The notes under the pieces: generated by a model
Told to the model about the DNA's origin: nothing
The model's input: only the letters and a program-made list of their open reading frames with translations
Database searches by the model: none
Position numbers and translations under genes: made by a program
Source: a candidate division WOR-3 bacterium
GTDB lineage: Bacteria > Hydrothermota > Hydrothermia > B15-G9
Reading direction: 5' to 3'
Assembly: GCA_027037615.1 (NCBI GenBank)
Contig: JALVZN010000044.1
Location: 1-38,251 of the forward strand
Length of the DNA stretch: 38,251 bases
Shown: positions 8,131 through 16,594 of the stretch, piece after piece
Layout: every line of letters starts with the position of its first letter
How positions within the stretch are numbered: the stretch's first letter is position 1

Positions 8131-8631
8131 TCACTCGCCGAAAGGGTATTTTTTCTCGGAGAATGCGCGAACGAGCCGTCTCTTGACTTTTGGCGTGACA
8201 AACTGGCTGACATCTCCGCCGAGCCGTGCAATCTCGCGCACCAGACTTGACGAGATGTAGGCATACCGTTCAGATGGGATGAGGAAAATGGTCTCGATGT
8301 CCGGTTCAAGCCGCCTGTTGGCCCAGGCCATTTTGAACTCATACTCGAAATCGGATACCGCACGCAGCCCCCTGATTATCGCTCTGGCTCCGTGTTTGCG
8401 GGCAAATTCAACGAGCAGGCTGTCGATCACATCCACCTCAATTTTGCCGTCGATGTGACAGTCCTCGATGGCCTCCTTCATCATCCTGACCCGTTCCTCG
8501 ATCGAGAAAACCGTCTTTTTCGGCGTTGCAAGTGCCACACCAACGATAACTTTATCGAACAAACGGGTGGCCCTCTTTATGATGTCCAGATGGCCGAGCG
8601 TCACAGGGTCAAATGTCCCCGGGTATATCAC
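8131..8631 (-). CDS. coaD: Phosphopantetheine adenylyltransferase
   Basis: With a GTG start at 8631 the protein begins MIYPGTFDPVTLGHLDIIKRA, the canonical CoaD N-terminus, and is 166 aa. The ORF-track start at 8745 would add 38 non-homologous residues lying inside rsmD. Confidence 0.85.
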   Translation of the reverse strand: MIYPGTFDPVTLGHLDIIKRATRLFDKVIVGVALATPKKTVFSIEERVRMMKEAIEDCHIDGKIEVDVIDSLLVEFARKHGARAIIRGLRAVSDFEYEFKMAWANRRLEPDIETIFLIPSERYAYISSSLVREIARLGGDVSQFVTPKVKRRLVRAFSEKKYPFGE

Positions 8632-9172
8632 GGATATAGAAACGGAGGATTGTGTCTCCAATTCTGGCCTCCTTCCACAGTTTAAGCCTGCGTGTGATCG
8701 GCGCAGGCGTTTTTTTGTGCATCTCAAGGACGAACAGCCCTTCATCCTCGATCACATCGGCAACAAGCTCCGTAAGCTGTTCCAACTGTTGCAGTTTGTA
8801 GGGGGGATCGGCGAACACAAAATCGAACTTCTCGCCATTCGCTATGAATTCGCGCAGCGCTTTCTCAGCGCGTGCGTTGATGACCTTCGCTCTGTCGGAA
8901 AAGCCGAGCTTTTTGATGTTCTCCTTAATCGTGAGTGCCACCTGACGAGAGGCTTCAACGAAAACCACCGAGCTGGCTCCTCTCGAAAGTGCCTCAAGGC
9001 CGACGGCGCCTGAGCCGGCGTAAAGCTCCATCATCCTGACGCCGACGATCCATCCGCCAAGCCTATCGAAAAGAGACCTTTTCAGAAGCGCACGCGTGGG
9101 CCTTATCCCACGAGGCGTCTTGATCTTATGCCCCTTTTTTGTCCCGCCCTGTATCTCAAGACCCTTTTTCAT
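8609..9172 (-). CDS. rsmD: 16S rRNA (guanine966-N2)-methyltransferase
   Basis: 187 aa with RPTRALLKRSLFD, the LELYAGSGAVGLEALSRGA SAM-binding loop and VFADPPY. It sits next to coaD, the usual rsmD-coaD pairing, with a 23-nt overlap. Confidence 0.85.
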   Translation of the reverse strand: MKKGLEIQGGTKKGHKIKTPRGIRPTRALLKRSLFDRLGGWIVGVRMMELYAGSGAVGLEALSRGASSVVFVEASRQVALTIKENIKKLGFSDRAKVINARAEKALREFIANGEKFDFVFADPPYKLQQLEQLTELVADVIEDEGLFVLEMHKKTPAPITRRLKLWKEARIGDTILRFYIRDIPGDI

Positions 9173-9261
9173 GGCGGTAAAACTATAAGGAAGAAGTCAG
9201 CCGTGTTCCAGCCGCAGGCCTGACATTACGGCGGACTGCCCGTTACCTTAAAATTTTGAGT

Positions 9262-11382
9262 ATGAAGACAAAAACCATATTCGTGCTGCTGTTTCTGATC
9301 GCCGTTCCGCTCGGAGGGGACACTCTGGACTCCCTCCTTGCGCTTGCAGGTCACTCAAAGAGCGATCTCGGATACCGCCCAAAGGGCTACTGGCTGAGAT
9401 ATCCCAACCCTAAACTCATACCTTACAAGCTGCCGGCGTTCGACGACCTTTTCGCTGAGCCGTTGATGGTTTACGAGTATGCACGCACGATGGGTAATGT
9501 GGCCAACGACTACCTGTCGGATTCCCTGTTCGATTCAACAGATTTCGCCCTCCACAGACTGGTCTATTTCCTCGGCGTGGATCGCAAGATCACGGGGTTC
9601 AGGAACTACTCTACCAACCTGTCGCCGCGTGTCTCGGAGGCAAACCCGCTTCAGGATGCGCTGCGCCGTGTGCGCGAGATGACAGGTGCAGGCATGAACG
9701 ACATATCTTTCGGCGGCTCATACGGTTCGGACTCGATAATCGGCCTTGAGAAGGTGCCGAGGGAGTATCATCGAGCAATAGCGAAACTGATTTTGAACAT
9801 ATTGGACGCTTACAGCTGGTGGCGCGTTGCGGTCAGGCACATCGACGACGGCGCGGCCGCAAAACTGGCTTCCTCAGGAGCCCCATCGAGATACGGGCAG
9901 GACTCGGAGTTCTATCCCGAATTCGACGATGTGGCCAGCACGATAGACGAACATTCGCTCTACTACTCCGCCATGAAACTCGCAGATGCGGCTCAAAAAG
10001 CGGCCGTCGAGATAGATTCGATCCTGAAATCGCATCGGCACAGGCCCCCTGACTTCATCTTTCGATACGATACCCCGATCGGCGAGGTCGTTGTGACGGG
10101 AGGCGGCAACGATGTGGTCGAATTCCGCATGCCGCTGCTCCTTTACCTCGATCTCGGAGGGGACGATGAGGTTCACGGGCCGGTTGGAGTTGGGCTGTAT
10201 CCAACTGTGCCCGTGTCTGTTGCGATAGACATGGGAGGGGATGACACCTATTACGCTGACTCGGCCGTGTCGCAGGGCGTCGGGATCATCGGCAACGGCG
10301 TTTTGGTGGACTGGCACGGGGACGACAGGTATTTCGGGGCGGACGGTGCGCAGGGATTTGGCATGTTCGGGCTCGGATTGCTGTTCGACAACGACGGAAA
10401 CGACGAGTATCAGGCGGAGCTTGCGGCTCAGGGAGCTGGCACAAACGGGATTGGGATTTTGGCTGACAGGCACGGAGACGACAAATTTTACATCTACGGT
10501 CAGGGGCAGGGGGCCGGGCTGGCCGGCGGCATCGGCGTGCTGGTAAACAGATACGGTGACGACAGTTACACGGCAGAGCCATACTCATCCGTCTTTGACC
10601 TCGGTGACTATCACTCGAAACACAGGATAAATGCAAACGGCGCACAGGGTTACGGCGGCGGGCGGCGCGGGGACGGTTCAGACGGCCACAGCTATGCGGG
10701 CGGATTGGGCGCATTGATCGATGTCGAGGGGGACGACCGCTACTATTCCGGCAACTGGACGCTCGGCATCGGATACTGGTATGGCATTGGCATCGTGTGG
10801 GACGGCGCAGGCGATGACCTGTATCGTTCCTGCTACTTCACGCAGGGGTCAGGCGCGCACTACGCCATAGGTGCCCTGTTCGACGAGGATGGCGATGACC
10901 GACACGAGCTTTTTGAAACGGCGGGCGCAGCTCTGGGCTTCGGATGGGATTTCGTCGATGCCATATTCTTCGACCGAAATGGCAATGACTTTTATGACGC
11001 AAAAATCATCTCGATCGGAGTCGCGGAGATACGGTCAAACGCATTCTTCATCGATTTGCAGGGCGATGATGAGTATCGCGTGGATTCCTCCACCCTGAAA
11101 TTCGGGGCAGCGGATTATCGGAAAAGCTACAAAGTGCCCAATCGCTACAGCCCGTTTGGCCACATGAGCCATTCGCTTGAGTTCGGCATATTCATCGATG
11201 GCGGCGGAAATGACAGGTATCTCCTCAGGGGCAAAGACGGAAAGCTTCTTGAAAGTAACACTTTCAGGGACAACAACATCTGGTTTCAGCCCGATCCAGA
11301 ATCAGAAAAACATGGATACGGCAACATCGGAGTGGGTATCGATACGGAAAACGGTCGGATAGACGAGTTCAGGCCGTTCTGA
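9262..11382 (+). CDS. Secreted repeat protein with a putative Asp-rich beta-solenoid; function unknown
   Basis: Signal peptide MKTKTIFVLLFLIAVPLGG. The N-terminal roughly 275-aa domain is unrecognised. Thirteen D-x-x-G-(D/N)-D-x-Y motifs follow. I place the start at ATG 9262 rather than the track's TTG at 9256. No clear SD is present. Confidence 0.75.
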   Translation: MKTKTIFVLLFLIAVPLGGDTLDSLLALAGHSKSDLGYRPKGYWLRYPNPKLIPYKLPAFDDLFAEPLMVYEYARTMGNVANDYLSDSLFDSTDFALHRLVYFLGVDRKITGFRNYSTNLSPRVSEANPLQDALRRVREMTGAGMNDISFGGSYGSDSIIGLEKVPREYHRAIAKLILNILDAYSWWRVAVRHIDDGAAAKLASSGAPSRYGQDSEFYPEFDDVASTIDEHSLYYSAMKLADAAQKAAVEIDSILKSHRHRPPDFIFRYDTPIGEVVVTGGGNDVVEFRMPLLLYLDLGGDDEVHGPVGVGLYPTVPVSVAIDMGGDDTYYADSAVSQGVGIIGNGVLVDWHGDDRYFGADGAQGFGMFGLGLLFDNDGNDEYQAELAAQGAGTNGIGILADRHGDDKFYIYGQGQGAGLAGGIGVLVNRYGDDSYTAEPYSSVFDLGDYHSKHRINANGAQGYGGGRRGDGSDGHSYAGGLGALIDVEGDDRYYSGNWTLGIGYWYGIGIVWDGAGDDLYRSCYFTQGSGAHYAIGALFDEDGDDRHELFETAGAALGFGWDFVDAIFFDRNGNDFYDAKIISIGVAEIRSNAFFIDLQGDDEYRVDSSTLKFGAADYRKSYKVPNRYSPFGHMSHSLEFGIFIDGGGNDRYLLRGKDGKLLESNTFRDNNIWFQPDPESEKHGYGNIGVGIDTENGRIDEFRPF
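10096..11220 (+). repeat. Thirteen protein-coding rung repeats (hGhLhDxxG[DN]DxY)
   Basis: I counted the motifs TGGGND, LGGDD, MGGDD, WHGDD, NDGND, RHGDD, RYGDD, VEGDD, GAGDD, EDGDD, RNGND, LQGDD and GGGND. Eight of the twelve spacings are 26-27 aa. The others are 18, 30, 48 and 58 aa. Confidence 0.8.
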
Positions 11383-11435
11383 GATGGAACAATTTCAATT
11401 TTCGAGAAGAGCCCAGAATTCAAATCGCAGAAATC

Positions 11436-11465
11436 TTGACATCTTTTTAAAGAATGCTGTATTTA
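11436..11465 (+). promoter_or_regulatory. Candidate HU promoter (TTGACA-N18-TATTTA), with a second TTGACA box 30 nt downstream
   Basis: Consensus TTGACA at 11436-11441 and again at 11466-11471. The -10 candidates are weak: TATTTA at 11460-11465, and GGTTTT after the second box. Confidence 0.3.
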
Positions 11466-11575
11466 TTGACAGCGAACAAAGGGGACACGGTTTTGAGGCA
11501 AAGCTGCAGATTGCGGCCTTTAGAGTGTCTCTATGAAATTTAGAAAGGTTCTTAATAAAAAAAGGAGGGTTGGAG

Positions 11576-11851
11576 ATGAACAAGCAGCAACTCGTATCTG
11601 AGGTGGCCAAGAAGGCCGGCCTCTCCAAGAAAGAGGCTGCAGCGGCGGTGGATGCTTTCATACAGGTGGTGAAGGAAGCTCTCGGAAGCAAAGAGCCGGT
11701 GAGGCTTATAGGATTTGGCACTTTCTCCGTGAGAAAGAGAGCGCCTCGTAAAGGCAGAAATCCGAGAACGAAAGAGCCCATCGACATTCCGGAGAGGTAT
11801 GCACCTGTGTTCAAACCTTCTACACAGCTTCGCGAGATCGTAAACAAGTAG
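11576..11851 (+). CDS. hup: DNA-binding protein HU
   Basis: MNKQQLVSEVAKKAGLSKKEAAAAVDAF...GFGTFSVRKRAPRKGRNPRTKEPIDIPERYAPVFKPS is the classic HU/IHF fold signature. ATG at 11576 has GGAGGG 7 nt upstream. The track's TTG at 11570 adds two residues. Confidence 0.93.
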   Translation: MNKQQLVSEVAKKAGLSKKEAAAAVDAFIQVVKEALGSKEPVRLIGFGTFSVRKRAPRKGRNPRTKEPIDIPERYAPVFKPSTQLREIVNK

Positions 11852-11862
11852 ATAGATCACCT

Positions 11863-11895
11863 ATCGGGCGGTGCCCCGTTAGGACACTGCCCGAT
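11863..11895 (+). terminator. Hairpin downstream of HU
   Basis: ATCGGGCGGTG pairs with CACTGCCCGAT in an 11-bp stem with one G-U pair and an 11-nt loop, 12 nt after the stop. No U-tract follows (CTCCCTTCCCC), so it may be a stabiliser or an atypical terminator. Confidence 0.4.
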
Positions 11896-11951
11896 CTCCC
11901 TTCCCCGTTAAACCCTTCCATTTTTCCTTTTGTCCGTTAAACTTCTACATC

Positions 11952-12515
11952 ATGAAAAAGTATTTGATGCTGCTCATAGTCCTTGCCGCTGGATGTGACC
12001 TTTTTAAGTTGAGGGAACCGTCACCACCCGCGGGGAACATGTCATGGCTCGAACCGGATTCGGCATACAAAGTGTTGAGGAACATGGAGTTCGCATATCA
12101 ATATTTCATGCTGGACAACTACATGCGATGCTTTGACTCAACAGATTTTGCCTTCTATGCCGATGAATCATTACTGAACGGCCCGCACGCATACCTCTAT
12201 CGAGATTGGGACTACACAAAGGAACGGACGCAGACGGAGATACTTTTTTCAGCGTATTTCAAGCCGCAATCGCCACCTTTCCTGCTGATAATTCGGGATT
12301 CCACGCAGGATTTTGGGGATTCAGCGCGCATCTTTGCGCGGTATCGCCTTGTGGTGCAACTGAGGGACGGGCGAGAGTTAGAGGCGCACGGCTCCTCGAT
12401 ATTTCTCGCCCGAAAGGATCCATCAAGTGAACTGTGGTCAATATCCCGCTGGTGGGACAGGAAAGCCACCCCCTCCTCTCTGAGCTGGGCCGAGATCAAA
12501 GCATTAGATTTTTAG
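11952..12515 (+). CDS. Hypothetical lipoprotein
   Basis: Signal peptide plus lipobox (LAAGC). 187 aa with no recognised motif. No SD is present. Confidence 0.6.
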   Translation: MKKYLMLLIVLAAGCDLFKLREPSPPAGNMSWLEPDSAYKVLRNMEFAYQYFMLDNYMRCFDSTDFAFYADESLLNGPHAYLYRDWDYTKERTQTEILFSAYFKPQSPPFLLIIRDSTQDFGDSARIFARYRLVVQLRDGRELEAHGSSIFLARKDPSSELWSISRWWDRKATPSSLSWAEIKALDF

Positions 12516-13427
12516 CCCGTAGAGGAACATCAAAATCCCCTTTTCAGAATGCAATCTGTTCTCAGCCTGATCGAACACAATGGATTGAGGCCCGTCTATA
12601 ACCCCATCCGTTATCTCTTCACCCCGACGCGCCGGCAGGCAGTGCATCACCTTGGCATGTTTCGGGGCGTGAGACATCAGCTCCTCGTTGACCTGATACG
12701 GGGCAAAGACCCTGCGCCTTATCTCAGCCTCCTCTTCCTGCCCCATCGATGTCCAGACATCGGTGTAGATGAAATCTGCGTCCTTAACCGCCTCTATCGG
12801 ATCCCTGACAATGCGGATTCTGGCGCCTGTTTCGCGCGCAATGTCCATAGCTCTCACTATGAGGGCGGCGTTCGGCTCATAACCTTCGGGACATGCAATC
12901 GTGAACTCACCGCCAAGCATGGCCGTCAGGAGCATCAGGGAGTTCGCCACATTGTTGCCGTCACCAATGAAAGAAAGCTTGACCTTCGTGTCGCCAGCAT
13001 GTTCCTTTATCGTCACATAGTCACCGATGGCCTGACATGGGTGCTCGATGTCAGAGAGTGCGTTGATCACGGGATAGCGGTAGTTTGCGGCAAGCGTTTC
13101 AACAGTTGACTGTTTGAACACACGGGCGACTATGCCGTAAGTCCACCTTTCGAGGTTGTGCGCCACATCCGGCACCGATTCGCGCTTACCGAGCTTTATG
13201 TCGCCCGGAGCGAGATAGATCGGATAGCCGCCGAGCTCGTGTATCGCTATCTCGAATGTCGTCCTCGTTCTCAGCGAAGGTTTCTCGAAGATCAGGGCAA
13301 AACTTTTGCCTTCAAGCAGGTTGTGGACGCTGCGATCCTTCTTCACCTGAATTGAGAGGTCGATGACCTCTCTCACCTCGTCAGGGGTAAAGTCAGTGAC
13401 CGAGAGGAAATCCCTTTTGCCGGTCAT
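12504..13427 (-). CDS. argF: Ornithine carbamoyltransferase
   Basis: Motifs SLRTRTTFE, HPCQA, DVWTSMG and HCLPARRGEE are present. 307 aa. Confidence 0.9.
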   Translation of the reverse strand: MTGKRDFLSVTDFTPDEVREVIDLSIQVKKDRSVHNLLEGKSFALIFEKPSLRTRTTFEIAIHELGGYPIYLAPGDIKLGKRESVPDVAHNLERWTYGIVARVFKQSTVETLAANYRYPVINALSDIEHPCQAIGDYVTIKEHAGDTKVKLSFIGDGNNVANSLMLLTAMLGGEFTIACPEGYEPNAALIVRAMDIARETGARIRIVRDPIEAVKDADFIYTDVWTSMGQEEEAEIRRRVFAPYQVNEELMSHAPKHAKVMHCLPARRGEEITDGVIDGPQSIVFDQAENRLHSEKGILMFLYGLKI

Positions 13428-14527
13428 TTCTGTTCGCCCTTTTTGCCCTTGAGCTCATCCGATTTGTTTATGTCCTGAAGCGCCTTATCGCTCTCACCCA
13501 GTGCGCCATAAGCAGCAGCTCTGATGTCGTAATACAACGGGTTGTTAGGGTTAAGCTGGATGGCCTTTGTGAGCGCTTCAACGGCTTTCTGAAGATCCTC
13601 TTTCGATGGATTGTTCTTGCTGACATAGGAACCGCCGAGGAAGAACCAGCCGTTGGGATCGTCAGGGCGAACCTTTGTGTATTGCTCTGCAACCTTTATC
13701 GCCTCATCGTAATCCCCGGCCTTCAACAACGCCTGTGCGCAGTTGAACAGCCCTTCGACCATGGTGGTGTCGAGCTCGTAGCTCTTGCGGAATTCCTCGG
13801 CCGCCTTCTCATAATCGCCTGAGTTGAACAGGAGGATTCCGTAGCGATAATGGGCTTTGGCCATATCAGGCTTAACCTGCAACAGCTTCTCCAGATATGC
13901 CTTAGCGCTGTCTATCTCTCCATAGGTCTCGTAGGCAACTGCCGCCCGATAGAGGATATCCGGATTGTTGGGGTCGAGCTGATAGGCTTTCCTCAGATAT
14001 GTGAACATGCTGTCCTTCAAGGCCTTCCCTGTCGTGCTATCGGGAAGGGTGCCTGTTATTGTATCGGAACCAGGTGTGCCGGTGAGCGCCAGACCGTAAA
14101 GTGCGGAAATTGTCATCATCACCTTTGTGTCATTCGGGGTTATCTTCAATGCCTGTTTGAAATAGTGAACGGCTTCAAGAGGGTTCTTATCCTTGACCTT
14201 AAGGCCTGCATTCTGGTAAACCACCTTCTCAAAATCGGTAAATTTTGAGACAAATTCCCCGGTTTTATCGTATTTGTAAACGCTATCCAGTTCTTTTGCA
14301 GCGTCAACATAGTCCTCGGCAAGAGAGTAAGCCCTTGCAAGCCAATAATGTGCTGCTGGATTCTGAGGTTCATCCTTCACCCATGCCTTACCTTCCCTGA
14401 CGGCTTTATCCGGTTGATGCTGCTGGATGTAGATCTTCACACTTGAGCTGTGCGGGCTTTTTGCACATCCACCAAGTGCGACTATGAGTGCCACTGCTAC
14501 GGCAGATGCTGCGATGTATTTCCTCAT
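13424..14527 (-). CDS. TPR-repeat lipoprotein
   Basis: Lipobox ALGGC. It contains repeated 34-aa TPR-like units (AHYWLARAYSLAEDYVDAAKEL, AHYRYGILLFNSGDYEKAAEEF, and others). Its stop overlaps the argF start in ATGA. Confidence 0.75.
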   Translation of the reverse strand: MRKYIAASAVAVALIVALGGCAKSPHSSSVKIYIQQHQPDKAVREGKAWVKDEPQNPAAHYWLARAYSLAEDYVDAAKELDSVYKYDKTGEFVSKFTDFEKVVYQNAGLKVKDKNPLEAVHYFKQALKITPNDTKVMMTISALYGLALTGTPGSDTITGTLPDSTTGKALKDSMFTYLRKAYQLDPNNPDILYRAAVAYETYGEIDSAKAYLEKLLQVKPDMAKAHYRYGILLFNSGDYEKAAEEFRKSYELDTTMVEGLFNCAQALLKAGDYDEAIKVAEQYTKVRPDDPNGWFFLGGSYVSKNNPSKEDLQKAVEALTKAIQLNPNNPLYYDIRAAAYGALGESDKALQDINKSDELKGKKGEQK

Positions 14528-14582
14528 GGTTATCCTCCTTTACCTTTGGTTTTTAATGGTATGTGGCCAATTTAGGTCTTGG

Positions 14583-14612
14583 ATTATAAGGGACTTAAAG
14601 AAACCCCATCAA
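14583..14612 (-). promoter_or_regulatory. Sigma70-type promoter for the TPR-argF unit (TTGATG-N18-TATAAT)
   Basis: On the minus strand, TTGATG is at 14612-14607 and consensus TATAAT at 14588-14583. It lies about 55 nt upstream of the ATG at 14527. Confidence 0.5.
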
Positions 14613-14702
14613 CAAGCGGCGCGCCCATCGAAAGCGTCAAAAGATACAAGATTGTGCACTCGAATGACATCAGAAAACGCACGCAACGGGGACAAAAGGG
14701 CA

Positions 14703-15905
14703 TCACGATTTAGATGTGGGCTCATCGCTTCGGGAAAGCTGGCTTTTCACGAACTGTATTTCGTCCTGAAGGGTCTTAATGCGGCCGTTAAGTCGCTCAA
14801 CTTCAATCAATTTCAGCATTTTCTGGATAGCCTGACCGCGGGGCACACCTAATTTGATGAGGTCGTCGCCTTTCAAGGCTGCCACAGCCAAGGACCGTCG
14901 CCTGAGATACAGCTCATAATTGCCACCCCTCAAAGCGGCAAGCGCCAGCAGGGTCTCCTCAGGCGCATTTCGCAGCACGGTGTGAATCTCCGAAAGCTCG
15001 GCGTTCATCGGGAGTTCAAGTGCCAGAATGAGGCTCATGATGGCGTTCTTCTCCTTTCTGGTCATCTGATCCCTCAAAACCCCGGTCTTATCAGCGCTGT
15101 TTGCGACAAAAAGGAGGTAAAACGGCAGCCAGTGTGACCTGTCCCTGCCCTCAAGAAGCACATCGAGCCTCTTTATCGCATTTTCAGGCGCCTGCATGCC
15201 GTAAATCAGGCGAAATCTGGAGAAATCGATGAACATCTCAACGCGCCTGCTCTCGACCGATGAGCGCACAAGCTCATTTTTGACCCGCACGAACGACACC
15301 AGCTCCATGTAATTTCGAGCGTTATCGAATTCGGACAGGGTCTCATCCGAATAGCGAAACCCGAACCTTTTGGCGTAGCGCACCGCCCTGAACCCGCGCG
15401 TCGGATCGTCCCTGAAGCTGCCAGCGTGGAGAACCCGTATGACCCCGTCCTTCAAATCCTCAACTCCCCCGAAGATGTCGATCAGGGTGCCAAATCCATC
15501 TTTTGAGAGATCGACAGCCATTGCGTTGATGGTGAAATCGCGCCTTCCAAGGTCTTCCTCTATCGAGTAGCATGGTCGGACAACGGGAAGGGCAGCGGGC
15601 GAAGGATACTCCTCTACCCTTGCGTGGGCGAAATCGATCGAAATGTCCCCGTATTTCACAGAGGCGGTCAGGAATTTCGAGAAAGTGACATTTTCCCTGC
15701 CAACTCCAAGCCTTTCGGCCACCGCAAACGCCATCGACCTAAGGTCACCGATGACGACGAAATCGTAGTCGAGCGTGTCCTTGCCGAGAAGCATGTCGCG
15801 CACCGGCCCGCCGACAAGGTAAAGACGGATTCCGAGCTCCGCAGCCACCGATGAGACAACCGGAATGAGCTCATATTTTCTGAGATCTTCGGGCGGGATT
15901 TTCAT
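14703..15905 (-). CDS. tRNA nucleotidyltransferase (CCA-adding) / poly(A) polymerase family protein
   Basis: LYLVGGPVRDMLLGKDTLDYDFVV matches the class II GGxVRD...DxD head motif, and RRDFTINAM is also present. No HD domain is evident. 400 aa. Confidence 0.85.
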   Translation of the reverse strand: MKIPPEDLRKYELIPVVSSVAAELGIRLYLVGGPVRDMLLGKDTLDYDFVVIGDLRSMAFAVAERLGVGRENVTFSKFLTASVKYGDISIDFAHARVEEYPSPAALPVVRPCYSIEEDLGRRDFTINAMAVDLSKDGFGTLIDIFGGVEDLKDGVIRVLHAGSFRDDPTRGFRAVRYAKRFGFRYSDETLSEFDNARNYMELVSFVRVKNELVRSSVESRRVEMFIDFSRFRLIYGMQAPENAIKRLDVLLEGRDRSHWLPFYLLFVANSADKTGVLRDQMTRKEKNAIMSLILALELPMNAELSEIHTVLRNAPEETLLALAALRGGNYELYLRRRSLAVAALKGDDLIKLGVPRGQAIQKMLKLIEVERLNGRIKTLQDEIQFVKSQLSRSDEPTSKS

Positions 15906-15911
15906 GTAACC

Positions 15912-16574
15912 TCATGAAGACACGGCTTTTAAGATCTCATCGACGAACATGGACTCCGGATATGCGCCCTCAAACTCGTAAGAATCGTTGATGACTATCT
16001 TCGGGACAGCATAAACCCCGTATTTTTCGGAAAGGTCGGGGAATTCGATGGCCTCTATCATGCAACTGGTTATCTTCTCGTTCTCTATGGCAAATCTGTG
16101 GGCGAGTGAGACCGCGCGCGGGCAATGCGGACAGGACGGAGTCACGAATATCTTTATCTCAGTCGGCGTCGTAATCGAGGCAAGCCTGTTTCGAGAATCA
16201 TCCGAGAGTCCGCTATCCCCTTTTGACACGAAAATTACATCCTCGACAAGTGACGAAAACTCGTATCCAGCAGGTATCCCGAAATATCTAATTCCGTGGT
16301 CGATCCTTTGAGAATCTTCAACCCTCAATATGGCTATCCCCGGGACCAGCCAGATGTTGTAACCGTCGGCGAGCTCAGCATCACGGTCGTAATCAACGAC
16401 TTCAAGGCTTATGAGCTCGGACAGCTCGGCCAATTCCGAGAGTATGAGTTCGGTATCGTTGCAATACTGGCACCCATCCGTGCGGGTGAACAGCATGAGC
16501 ACGACGGGCTTTTCGAGGTTCTGCCCAAAGTGCGCCCTGAGGTAATCGGCATCACTTTTGCTTAAAAGTGCCAT
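15912..16574 (-). CDS. Glutaredoxin-like protein disulfide oxidoreductase with two thioredoxin folds (PDO type)
   Basis: Two CxxC sites are present, one per half of the 220-aa protein (GCQYC and SCPHCPRA). The layout matches archaeal and thermophile PDOs. Confidence 0.75.
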   Translation of the reverse strand: MALLSKSDADYLRAHFGQNLEKPVVLMLFTRTDGCQYCNDTELILSELAELSELISLEVVDYDRDAELADGYNIWLVPGIAILRVEDSQRIDHGIRYFGIPAGYEFSSLVEDVIFVSKGDSGLSDDSRNRLASITTPTEIKIFVTPSCPHCPRAVSLAHRFAIENEKITSCMIEAIEFPDLSEKYGVYAVPKIVINDSYEFEGAYPESMFVDEILKAVSS

Positions 16575-16594
16575 TTCGTCCTCCTGAAGTTGGT

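Noticed and set aside
8632-8745. A 38-codon N-terminal extension of coaD (track start 8745)
   Set aside because: The extension (MKGCSSLRCTKKRLRRSHAGLNCGRRPELETQSS...) lies inside the rsmD coding region and has no CoaD homology. The GTG at 8631 yields the canonical MIYPGTFDP N-terminus.
9874-10714. Minus-strand ORFs of 199 aa and 142 aa, and several plus-strand off-frame ORFs, inside the repeat-protein gene
   Set aside because: They are Arg/Pro/Cys-rich translations of the GC-rich GGNGAYGAY repeat DNA in the wrong frames. They have no start context, and the sense frame has a strong repeat structure and a signal peptide.
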